DNA of 64,000 nt from Alphaproteobacteria bacterium (GTDB lineage: Bacteria; Pseudomonadota; Alphaproteobacteria; SP197): assembly GCA_016869675.1 (NCBI GenBank), contig VGDP01000010.1, forward strand, positions 5,090 through 69,089. The letters are read 5' to 3'. This document shows positions 30,247-39,100 of the stretch, one piece after another. Position 1 is the stretch's first letter; each line of letters starts with the position of its first letter. A model generated the notes under the pieces. That model did not search any database. It was not told the DNA's origin and saw only the letters and a list, made by a program, of their open reading frames with translations. The translations under genes and the position numbers were made by a program.

Positions 30247-30963
30247 ATGGCCGAGGGGTTCTTCATCCACCAGTTCGAGCTGGGGTCCTGGCAGAACTTC
30301 ATCTACCTGGTCGGCGACAAGCGCACGCGCACCTGCGCCGTCGTCGACCCGGCGTGGAACTACGAGGTGATCCTCGAGGAAGCCGCCCGGCTCGACGTGC
30401 GCATCACCGACCTGCTGTGCACCCACAGCCACTTCGACCACGTCAACGAGGTCGAGGCGATGCTCGCGCACACGGACGCGCGCGTGCACATGCTGGGCGC
30501 CGAGATCGACTTCGCCGGCTTCTCTTGCGAGAGCTTGGTGCGCCACGCGCCCGGCGATCGCGTGACGCTGGGCGACGTCGCCATCACCATGATGCACACG
30601 CCCGGCCATACCCCGGGCTCCACCTGCTACCACGTGCACGGCGTGCTGGTGACCGGCGACACCATGTTCGTCAACGGCTGCGGGCGCTGCGATTTCGTCG
30701 GCGGCGATCCCGAGGTCATGTACCGCACCCTGCACGGTCTGACCGACACCATGCCGGGCTCGACGGTCATGTACCCCGGCCACAACTACGGCCCGACGCC
30801 GACCTCGCGGCTCGACGCGCAGTTCGAGGCCAACCCGTACCTGAAGCTGCCGACGCTGGCCGACTTCGTCGCCCACCGCATGGCGGGCAAGACGCCGGGC
30901 ACCGTCATCCCGCCGCCCGCCTGGCCACCGCCCGAGGGCCGGCCGCGGCGCGCCAGCGCGTAA
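30247..30963 (+). CDS. MBL-fold metallo-hydrolase (hydroxyacylglutathione hydrolase/glyoxalase II-like)
   Basis: THSHFDH (HxHxDH) motif plus downstream His/Asp ligands (HTPGHTPGS). 238 aa. Lies 11 nt after frmA. Confidence 0.75.
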   Translation: MAEGFFIHQFELGSWQNFIYLVGDKRTRTCAVVDPAWNYEVILEEAARLDVRITDLLCTHSHFDHVNEVEAMLAHTDARVHMLGAEIDFAGFSCESLVRHAPGDRVTLGDVAITMMHTPGHTPGSTCYHVHGVLVTGDTMFVNGCGRCDFVGGDPEVMYRTLHGLTDTMPGSTVMYPGHNYGPTPTSRLDAQFEANPYLKLPTLADFVAHRMAGKTPGTVIPPPAWPPPEGRPRRASA

Positions 30964-31042
30964 GGGGCGCGGCTCACGGATATCCCAAGGCGCGAAACGC
31001 AGGGCGCTTGACTCGGGCGCCCGATTGGCGTTCAAGGAACCC

Positions 31043-31095
31043 GGCGCCGATTTGAAGTCAGCTTGCGGGCGCCTAACAAATGCAGCTAAAGCGAC
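31043..31095 (+). promoter_or_regulatory. SAM-II (SAM_alpha) riboswitch-like aptamer upstream of metZ
   Basis: P1 stem GGCGCC/GGCGCC encloses the loop GAUUUGAAGUCAGCUUGCG. The 3' tail UAACAAAUGCAGCUAAAGC follows. The loop GCUU can pair with AAAGC (pseudoknot). The conserved blocks GAUUU, CUUGC, AAAUG and GCUAAAG match the metA-element consensus I recall. Confidence 0.6.
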
Positions 31096-31102
31096 GGCAG
31101 GA

Positions 31103-31137
31103 AACCGCCGGGGCTTTGGCTCGTGGCGGTTTTTTCT
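31103..31137 (+). terminator. intrinsic terminator hairpin (AAACCGCCGGGG...TGGCGGTTTTTT) between the aptamer and the metZ RBS
   Basis: GC stem CCGCC/GGCGG with flanking A and T tracts, followed by a six-T run. Plausible expression platform for an OFF switch. Confidence 0.45.
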
Positions 31138-31153
31138 TGCACCGGGGACGCTT

Positions 31154-32350
31154 ATGGACAGGGAACGGGAAGCGGGGTGGCGGCCGGCCACGCGCCTGGT
31201 GCGCGGCGGGACCCACCGCTCGGCCCACGGCGAGACGAGCGAGGCGCTCTACCTTACCTCGGGCTACGTCTACGACGACGCTGAGGCCGCCGAGGCGCGC
31301 TTCAAGGGCGCCGACGGTTTCATCTACTCGCGCTACGGCAACCCGACCGTGGCGGCCTTCGAGCGCCGCCTCGCGCTGCTCGAAGGCGCCGAGTCGTGCT
31401 TCACCACCGCCTCGGGCATGGCGGCGGTGTTCGCCGCGCTGGCCTGCCAGCTCAAGGCGGGCGACCACATCGTGGCGTCGCGCGTCATGTTCGGCTCGTG
31501 CCACGTGGTCATCACCGAGATCCTGCCGCGCTTCGGCATGCGCGCGACGCTGGTCGACGGCCGCGATCCGGATGCCTGGCGCGCCGCGCTGGCGGCGGGT
31601 GCGCGCGCGGTGTTCCTGGAAAGCCCGGCCAACCCGACAACCGAGCTGGTGGACATCGCGGCGGTCGCTGCGCTGGCGCACGGGGCCGGCGCGCGGCTGG
31701 TCGTCGACAACGTGTTCTCGACCGCACTGTGGCAGCGGCCGCTCGCGCTCGGCGCCGACGTGGTCGTCTACTCGGCGACCAAGCACATCGACGGCCAGGG
31801 CCGCTGCCTGGGTGGCGCCGTGCTGGCCAGCGAGGCCTTCGTCAAGAACGAGCTGGTGCCGTTCTGCCGCCACACCGGGCCGTCACTCAGCCCGTTCAAC
31901 GCCTGGGTCATGCTCAAGGGGCTCGAGACCCTGCCGCTGCGCCTCGCGCGTCACGGCGAATCGGCCACGACCGTCGCCCGGCACCTGGAACGGCATGGCG
32001 CCGTCGGCCGCGTGCTCTATCCCGGCCTCAACAGCCACCCGCAGCACGCGCTCGCGCGGCGCCAGATGTCCGGCTTCGGCTCGATCGTCGCCTTCGACCT
32101 GCCGGACGGCAAGGCGGCTGCGTTCCGCTTCCTCGACACGCTCCGGCTAATCGACATCTCGAACAACCTGGGCGACGCCAAGAGCATGATCACACACCCG
32201 GCGACCACGACGCACCAGCGCCTGAAGCCCGAGGAGCGCGCGGCGCTCGGCATCGGCGACGGGCTGGTGCGCCTTTCGGTCGGGCTCGAGGACGTGGACG
32301 ATCTGATCGAGGATCTCGACCAGGCGTTAGATCATCTAACGCGCGTGTGA
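31154..32350 (+). CDS. metZ: O-succinylhomoserine sulfhydrylase (Cys/Met-metabolism PLP enzyme)
   Basis: PLP fold I with motifs YSRYGNPT and SATKHIDGQGR (lysine that binds PLP). 398 aa. Start MDREREAGW. Riboswitch context supports the call. Confidence 0.85.
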   Translation: MDREREAGWRPATRLVRGGTHRSAHGETSEALYLTSGYVYDDAEAAEARFKGADGFIYSRYGNPTVAAFERRLALLEGAESCFTTASGMAAVFAALACQLKAGDHIVASRVMFGSCHVVITEILPRFGMRATLVDGRDPDAWRAALAAGARAVFLESPANPTTELVDIAAVAALAHGAGARLVVDNVFSTALWQRPLALGADVVVYSATKHIDGQGRCLGGAVLASEAFVKNELVPFCRHTGPSLSPFNAWVMLKGLETLPLRLARHGESATTVARHLERHGAVGRVLYPGLNSHPQHALARRQMSGFGSIVAFDLPDGKAAAFRFLDTLRLIDISNNLGDAKSMITHPATTTHQRLKPEERAALGIGDGLVRLSVGLEDVDDLIEDLDQALDHLTRV

Positions 32351-32396
32351 AAACTTTTCCGGTTGACCGTCGCCCTGGCGTGTGCGATAAGGACGC

Positions 32397-32449
32397 CGCG
32401 CCGATTTGAGGTTCAGCTTGCGGGCGCGTTACAAATGCGGCTAAAGCGA
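32397..32449 (+). promoter_or_regulatory. second SAM-II-like aptamer (downstream of metZ, upstream of the cys cluster)
   Basis: P1 CGCGCC/GGCGCG; loop GAUUUGAGGUUCAGCUUGCG; tail UUACAAAUGCGGCUAAAGC. About 90% identical to copy 1. Confidence 0.55.
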
Positions 32450-32456
32450 CGGTATG

Positions 32457-32489
32457 ATCCGCCCGGCTAGCCGCGGCGGATTTTGTGTT
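32457..32489 (+). terminator. terminator-like hairpin ATCCGCCCGGCTAGCCGCGGCGGATTTTGTGTT
   Basis: Stem ATCCGCC/GGCGGAT with an internal palindrome, followed by a T-rich tract. Confidence 0.4.
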
Positions 32490-32530
32490 CTTGGCTTGCC
32501 GTACCTGGGCTTGGTCCACCCCGACGGACC

Positions 32531-32600
32531 CGCGGGATTTGAAGGGCAGCTTGCGGCCGCGTCATCAACTGCTAAAGCGCCACGGAGTCGTGCTCCGTGG
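32531..32600 (+). promoter_or_regulatory. third, divergent SAM-II-like element plus hairpin, immediately upstream of the first cys-cluster ORF
   Basis: P1 GCGG/CCGC; loop GAUUUGAAGGGCAGCUUGCG is conserved. The tail is shortened (UCAUCAACUGCUAAAGC; the AAAUG block is lost). Followed by an 8-bp hairpin CCACGGAGtcgtgCTCCGTGG and a GGGGGA RBS. Confidence 0.4.
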
Positions 32601-32628
32601 GCCCGTCACTCTTAGTGGGGGACACGGC

Positions 32629-32916
32629 ATGACCGTACCTGCAGCCTTCGGTTGCACCGCCCTTCCGATCCATCGCCAGCCGGGCTACGCCCTGGGCGAC
32701 GGCCGCTTCGCCGTGGTCGTCGAACCGCCGCTCGGTCGCGTCAGCCAGGCGCAGCGACGCGGGCTGGCGGACATCGCGCGGCGCTACGCGTTCGGCGGCC
32801 TGGTCGAGCAGGGCATCGGCCGGCTTGAGATCCGCGGCGTCGATCCCGAACTGGTACCGCTGGTCGTCGACGAGGTACACACCGCCGGCCTGCCGGTCGT
32901 GGGCGACCGCTCGTGA
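32629..32916 (+). CDS. small protein resembling a nitrite/sulfite reductase ferredoxin-like half-domain (95 aa)
   Basis: RVSQAQRRGLADIARRYAFGGLVEQGIGRLEIRGVDPELVPLVVDEVHTAGL resembles the NIR_SIR_ferr fold (LxxIAxxYGxGxIRLTTRQxLxLRGI...L). ATGA overlap with cysH. RBS GGGGGA. Confidence 0.4.
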   Translation: MTVPAAFGCTALPIHRQPGYALGDGRFAVVVEPPLGRVSQAQRRGLADIARRYAFGGLVEQGIGRLEIRGVDPELVPLVVDEVHTAGLPVVGDRS

Positions 32917-33641
32917 ACGCGGGAGCAATCGAGCTCGCGCGGCCCTCGCCGGGCCGGCGCGCCGCCGGCCGGGCCGATCTGCGCACGGCGGCGCTGGCCC
33001 GCGCGTACCCAGGCCCGCAGGGCGCCGAGCTGCTGCGCGCCATGATCGAGGTCGAGTTGCCGGGGCGCATCGCGGTCGCCTCGTCGTTCGGCGCCGAGGC
33101 CGCGGTGCTGCTGGCGCTGGTCGCCGACATCGACCGCGCGGTGCCGGTGGTGGTGCTCGACACCGGCAAGTTGTTCGACGAGACGCTTGCCTACGTGCGT
33201 TGGCTGACCGACTGGGTCGGCCTCAGCGACGTGCGGCTGGTGCGGCCCGATCCGGCGCGCATCGCGGCCGCCGATCCCGGCGGCACCTTATGGAGCTACG
33301 ATCCCGAGGCGTGCTGTGCCTTGCGCAAGATCGAACCGCTGTGTGCCGCGCTGGCGCCGTTCGAGGCCTGGGTCTCGGGCCGCAAGCGCTTGCACGGCGA
33401 GGCGCGCTCGGCGATCCCGACTCGGGTGCCGTTGGCGATCACGCGGTGGTCAGCCCGCTGGCGCACGCCTTGCGCGACGACATCGACCGGGCGTTCACCG
33501 AACGCGGCCTGCCGCACCACCCGCCGGTCGCCCAGGGCTACGCCTCGAACGGCTGCCGGCCGTGCACGCGCGCCATCGCGCCGGACGCTGGCCGGCACCG
33601 AGAAGACCGAGTGCGGTATCCACCGCCCGGCGCTGTTCTGA
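32913..33641 (+). pseudogene. cysH: phosphoadenosine phosphosulfate / adenylylsulfate reductase (cysH), apparently disrupted by two compensating frameshifts
   Basis: The N-terminus (SSFGAEAAVLLALV, DTGKLFDET, EACCALRKIEPL) and the C-terminus (TEKTECGIH) read in frame 1. The conserved middle (SPLAHALRDDIDRAFTERGLPHHPPVAQGYASNGCRPCTRAI) reads only in another frame, between about 33415 and 33590. Confidence 0.7.
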
Positions 33642-33655
33642 GCGGAGACCCGGTC

Positions 33656-33949
33656 GTGGAGCACTATGTCATCAGCGCCAACAGCCTGCGCAGCGGCGCC
33701 GTGGTGTGGCTGCGCGTGGTCGGCGACGCGTTCGGCTGGACCGAGGCCGCGGCCACGGCCTCGGTGGGCGACGCGGCCCAGCGCGACGCCTGGCTCGCCA
33801 TCGCCGAAGCCGAGGCGCGCCAGAACCGCGTGGTCGCACCCTACGCGGTGGACGTGGTGGCGGATGGCGCGGGCGGTTTCACGCACACCTCAACGCGCGA
33901 GTCGGTGCGCGCCGGCGGGCCCACGGTCGGCAACGCGCTGGCGCGCTGA
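33656..33949 (+). CDS. DUF2849 domain protein (small protein that accompanies sulfite reductase in alphaproteobacteria)
   Basis: VISANSLRSGAVVWL...WTE...AEAEARQNRVVAPYAVDVVADGAGGF matches DUF2849 architecture. GTG start. About 97 aa. Lies directly before cysI. Confidence 0.6.
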   Translation: MEHYVISANSLRSGAVVWLRVVGDAFGWTEAAATASVGDAAQRDAWLAIAEAEARQNRVVAPYAVDVVADGAGGFTHTSTRESVRAGGPTVGNALAR

Positions 33950-33961
33950 GGAGAGGACGCC

Positions 33962-35629
33962 ATGTACCGCTACGATCAGCTCGACCGCACCTTCGTGGCC
34001 GAACGTGTGCGCCAGTTCCGCGATCAGGTGGCGCGGCGCCTCGATGGCCGGCTGACCGAGGACGAGTTCAAGCCGCTGCGCCTGCAGAACGGGCTCTATC
34101 TGCAACTCCACGCCTACATGCTGCGCGTCGCCATCCCCTACGGCGTGCTGTCGTCGCGCCAGTTGCGCGCGCTGGCCGCCATTGCGCGCACCTACGACAA
34201 GGGCTACGGCCACTACACGACCCGGCAGAACATCCAGTTTAACTGGATCCGGCTCGACCAGGCGGCCGACGTCCTCGCCGCCCTGGCCGAGGTCGAGATG
34301 CACGCGATCCAGACCAGCGGCAACTGCGTGCGCAACGTCACGACCGATCATCTGGCCGGCATCGCGCCCGACGAGATAGCGGACCCGCGCCCCTACTGCG
34401 AGCTGTTGCGCCAGTGGTCGACCCTGCACCCGGAGTTCTCGTTCCTGCCGCGCAAGTTCAAGATCGCCGTGACGGGCGCCGAGGCCGATCGCGCGGCCAT
34501 TGCCGTGCACGACATCGGCCTGCGCCTGGTGCTCGACGCCGCCGGCGCGGTCGGGTTCGAGGTGCTGGTGGGCGGCGGGCTGGGCCGCACGCCGATCCTG
34601 GGCAGCGTAATCCGCCGCTTCCTGCCGGCGAGCGACCTGCTGGGCTACGTCGAGGCGATCCTGCGCGTCTACAACCGTTACGGACGGCGCGACAACATTT
34701 ACAAGGCGCGCATCAAGATCCTGGTCAAGGCGCTCGGCGCCGAGGCGTTCGGCCGCGCGGTCGAGGCCGAATGGCAGGCCATGGACCGCGACGGCATGGC
34801 CATCGACGCAGGCATGCTGGATCGCGTCGCCACCCACTTCGCGCCGCCGGCCTACGCCGAGTTGGCGGACGCCGCGCCCGAGCGCGCGCAGGCCATGCGC
34901 GAGCCCGCGTTCGCGCGCTGGCTCGCGCGCAACGTGCTGCCCCATCGCGTGCCCTGCTACCGCGCGGTCATGATCGCGCTCAAGGGCGGCGGCGCGGTGC
35001 CGGGCGACGCCACGGCAGAGACCATGGAGCGCGTGGCGGACTTGGCCGAGCTCTTCTCGTTCGGCGAGATCCGCGTTACGCACACGCAGAACTTGGTGCT
35101 GGGCCACGTCGCCGCGCACGACCTGGCGGCGCTGTGGCACGCGCTGCGCGTCGCCGGCCTGGCCAACCCGGTGGTCGGCACCGTGACCGACATCATCGCG
35201 TGCCCGGGGCTGGACTACTGCGCGCTCGCCACCGCGCGCGCGATCCCCATCGCCCAGGCGATCGACGCCGCGTTCGCCGACGTGGCCGAGCTGCACGACA
35301 TCGGCGATCTCAGGATCAACATCTCGGGCTGCATCAACAGCTGCGGCCATCACCATGTCGGCGACATCGGCATTCTCGGCGTCGACAAGCGCGGCCAGGA
35401 GGTCTACCAGCTCACGCTCGGCGGCTCGAGCGCGGACGAGGCGAGCCTCGGCACCATCCTGGGTCCGTCGTTGCCACCCGACCAAGTGGCCGGTGCCGTC
35501 CGCCGCGTCGTCGATGTCTACATGGAGCGGCGCGAGCCTGGCGAGAGCTTCCTCGCCCTCGTGCGCCGGCTCGGCGTGGATGCGTTCAAGGCGCGCGTCT
35601 ACGGCGGCCTCGAGGCGCACGCCGCATGA
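33962..35629 (+). CDS. cysI: sulfite reductase hemoprotein (ferredoxin-nitrite/sulfite reductase family)
   Basis: Two NIR_SIR ferredoxin-like/4Fe-4S repeats. The sirohaem-binding region includes CPGLDYCALA and SGCINSCGHHHVGDIG. 555 aa. Confidence 0.85.
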   Translation: MYRYDQLDRTFVAERVRQFRDQVARRLDGRLTEDEFKPLRLQNGLYLQLHAYMLRVAIPYGVLSSRQLRALAAIARTYDKGYGHYTTRQNIQFNWIRLDQAADVLAALAEVEMHAIQTSGNCVRNVTTDHLAGIAPDEIADPRPYCELLRQWSTLHPEFSFLPRKFKIAVTGAEADRAAIAVHDIGLRLVLDAAGAVGFEVLVGGGLGRTPILGSVIRRFLPASDLLGYVEAILRVYNRYGRRDNIYKARIKILVKALGAEAFGRAVEAEWQAMDRDGMAIDAGMLDRVATHFAPPAYAELADAAPERAQAMREPAFARWLARNVLPHRVPCYRAVMIALKGGGAVPGDATAETMERVADLAELFSFGEIRVTHTQNLVLGHVAAHDLAALWHALRVAGLANPVVGTVTDIIACPGLDYCALATARAIPIAQAIDAAFADVAELHDIGDLRINISGCINSCGHHHVGDIGILGVDKRGQEVYQLTLGGSSADEASLGTILGPSLPPDQVAGAVRRVVDVYMERREPGESFLALVRRLGVDAFKARVYGGLEAHAA

Positions 35630-36102
35630 GCCGGCTGATCAAGAACCTGGCGCTCGTGGCCGATCCCTGGCGCGAGGCCGCCGCCGAGGGGCCGCTGCCG
35701 GACGGTGACGTGATCGTGCCCTTGGCGCGCTTCACGGCGGAGCGGGAGGCGTTGCTGGCCCGTGAGGGCCGGCTCGGCGTGCGGCTCAGCCCCGACGACG
35801 ATCCGGCCGCGCTGGCCGGCGATCTGGGGCACCTCGACCTGGTCGCGCTCGCCTTCCCGAGGTTCACCGACGGGCGGGCCTATTCGCAGGCGCGGCTGCT
35901 GCGCGAACGGCTGGGGTTCGCGGGCGAACTGCGCGCCGTGGGCGATGTGCTGCGCGATCAGTTGCTGCTCATGGCGCGCTGCGGTTTCGATGCGTTCGAA
36001 CTGCGCGCCGACAAGGACCCGGACGACGCGCTCGGCGCCTTCGCCGACTACTCCGTGGCGTACCAGGCCCCGGTCTCGCCTGCCCCGGGTGGGCGCGTCT
36101 GA
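35626..36102 (+). CDS. DUF934 domain protein
   Basis: FPRFTDGRAYSQARLLRERLGFAGELRAVGDVLRDQLLLMARCGFDAFEL is the DUF934 core. ATGA overlap with cysI. Confidence 0.75.
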   Translation: MSRLIKNLALVADPWREAAAEGPLPDGDVIVPLARFTAEREALLAREGRLGVRLSPDDDPAALAGDLGHLDLVALAFPRFTDGRAYSQARLLRERLGFAGELRAVGDVLRDQLLLMARCGFDAFELRADKDPDDALGAFADYSVAYQAPVSPAPGGRV

Positions 36103-36172
36103 GCCGGGTTGCGCGCGGCGACGACAGCCTCTAACACTCCCGGACTTCGCAACCAGAGGCTGTTCGGAGCCC

Positions 36173-39100
36173 ATGTCCGACCTTCGGCTCGCGCACGATT
36201 TCGCCTTCGCGGACCTTTACGACCAGGTCGGGCTCGGGCGTCTGGACGCGGCGTTCCTGGCCCATCTGACCGGCGTCGACCCTGGTCTCGGCCTGCGTCT
36301 GGGGGCCGCGCGTGCGCGGCCCGAAGCGCTGGCGCCGAAGGAGGAGTCCGAGCTTCTGGTCGCGCTCGCGCCGCACCTGGAGGACTTCGTCGCCGACCTG
36401 TTCGGCATCCGGCGCGAGGTGGCGGCCTTGCGTGCGCGCCACGACGCGCTGGCACCCATCTATGACTGCAAGCGGCTGTTCGTGCGCCGCCGCGCCGCCA
36501 AGGCGCTGACGGCGGATGAGGCGGCTGCACTCGACGGCACGGCGCTGGAAGCGGACCTCGTGGCCGCCATCGGGGCGCCCGTCACCGAGCCGACGTTCGC
36601 CCGCGCCGTCATGGGTTGGCTGGAGGACGAGCCAGCGCACGGCGCGGTGCTGGCGGCGGCGGAACGGTTTGCGGCGTGGGCGACGCAGGTCGCGATGGGC
36701 CGCGCGCGCTTCGCCGGCGGCTTCCTGTTCCACCTGCCGCACAAGCTGGACCACCAGCACCTGATCGAGGCCGAGACCGTGGACGTGGCGGACGCACCGG
36801 CGCTCGCGCTGCCGCCGGAACGCCAGCGCCACCGCGAAGGCTTCGCGCTTACCGATCCAGGCATGGACCTGGCCGCCGCGCTGGACCACGCGCACTACTG
36901 CATCTTCTGCCATAACCAGGGCAAGGACAGCTGCGCCAAGGGCTTCCGCGACAAGACCGGCGGGTTCCGCGCCAACCCGCTCGGCATCCCGCTCAATGGC
37001 TGCCCGCTCGACGAAAAGATCTCCGAGATGAATATGCTCAAGGCGGCGGGACACGCCTTGGGCGCGCTGGCGGTCGTCGCCGTCGACAATCCGCTGCTGG
37101 CGGCGACCGGGCACCGCATCTGCAACGACTGCATGAAGGCGTGCATTTACCAGAAGCAGGAGCCGGTCGACATCCCGCAGGTCGAGACGCGCGTGCTCAA
37201 GGACGTGCTCGACCTGCCCTGGGGTTTCGAGATCTACGGTCTGCTGACGCGCTGGAACCCGCTGGACCTGCGACGGCCGCTGCCGCGCGTCGCCACCGGG
37301 CGGCGCGTGCTGGTCGTCGGGCTGGGGCCGGCGGGGTTTAACCTGGCGCACCACCTGCTGCGCGACGGGCACACGGTGGTCGGCGTCGACGGCCTGAAGA
37401 TCGAACCGCTGGCGGCCGAGCTGTCGGGTGTGGCGTCCGACGGCGCGCGCGTGCCCTTCCGCCCGGTGCGCGACCTGGCCGAACTGGTCGAGCCGCTGGA
37501 TCGCCGCGTGATGGCCGGCTTCGGCGGCGTCGCCGAGTACGGCATCACCGTTCGCTGGAACAAGAACTACCTGAAGATCGTCCGCCTGCTGCTGGAACGG
37601 AACCGAGCGTTTACCATGATCGGCGGCGTGCGCATGGGCGGCACGCTCGGCATCGAGCGCGCGTTCGCGCTGGGCTTCGACCATGTGGCGCTGTGCGTGG
37701 GTGCTGGCCGACCGACCTATCTGGACTTGCCCAACGGCCTGGCGCGCGGCGTGCGCGCGGCCTCGGACTTCCTCATGGCGCTGCAGCTCACCGGTGCGGC
37801 GCGCACCGATTCCATCGCCAACCTGCAGGTGCGCCTGCCCGTGGTCGTGGTCGGCGGCGGTCTGACCGCCATCGACACGGCGACCGAGGCGCTCGCCTAT
37901 TATCCGGTTCAGGTCGAGAAGTTCTTGGCGCGCTACGAGGCGCTGGCGGCTGAGCGTGGCGAGGTGGCGGTGCGCGCCGCGTGGGATACCGAGGAAGCAG
38001 TCATCGCCGACGAGTTTCTGGCCCACGGCCGTGCCTTGCGCGCCGAACGCGCACGCGCCGTCGCCGAGGGCCGCGCGCCCGACCTACGCCGGGTGCTCGA
38101 CGGCTGGGGTGGCGTCACGCTCGCCTATCGCAAGCGCCTAGTCGACGCGCCAAGCTATCGGCTGAACCACGAGGAAGTGGGCAAGGCGCTCGAGGAGGGC
38201 ATCCGTTTCGCCGAGGGCCTTTCGCCCACGGCGGTCGCGATCGACCGGTTCGGTCACGCCGAGGCGATTCTGATGGACCGCGCCGGCGCGTCGGTACGCC
38301 TGCCCGCGCGCACCATCATGGTCGCCGCCGGCACCCACCCCAACACCGTGCTGGCGCGCGAGGAACCGGGGCTGTTCGGCCTGGACGCCGGCTGTTTCGC
38401 CGCGCTGGACGAAGACGGCGCGCCCGCGCCCGCCGAGCGCAGTGCCAAGCCCACGTCCGTGCGCGTGCTGGCCCACCTGTGCCCCGACGGTCGCGCGGTC
38501 TCGACCTTCGGCGACGTGCACCCCTCGTTCGCGGGCAACGTGGTCAAGGCCATGGGCGGGGCGAAGCAGGGCTATCCGGTCATCACGCGCCTGCTGGCGC
38601 GGCTGCCGCGGGTCGCGCGCGACGACGCGGCCTTCCGCGCGGCGCTCGATGGCCTGCGCGCGTGCGTCCACGCGGTCAACCGCCTGACGCCGACCATCGT
38701 CGAGGTCGTGGTCGAGGCGCCCTTCGCCGCGCGCGCGTTCCGTCCGGGCCAGTTCTACCGGCTGCAGAACTTCGAGACGCTGGCGCCGCGCACCGCGGAT
38801 ACGACGCTGGCCATGGAAGGCCTGGCCATGACCGGGGCGTGGACCGACCCGGACCGCGGCCTGCTCGGCCTGATCGTGCTCGAGATGGGCGGCTCGTCGG
38901 ACCTGACGGCGATGCTGCGCCCGGGCGAGCCCGTCGTCGTCATGGGGCCGACCGGCACGCCGACCGAGATCGTGCCGGGGGAGACCGTGCTGCTGGCCGG
39001 CGGCGGGCTCGGCAACGCGGTGCTGTTCTCCATCGGCCGGGCGATGCGCGCGGCCGGCTGCCGCGTGCTCTACTTCGCCGGCTACCGAGACGCCGCCGAT

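Noticed and set aside
29119-30963. A 614-aa ORF spanning frmA and the MBL hydrolase.
   Set aside because: Only its last 238 aa (from ATG 30247) are conserved. The first 375 aa are an alternate frame of frmA.
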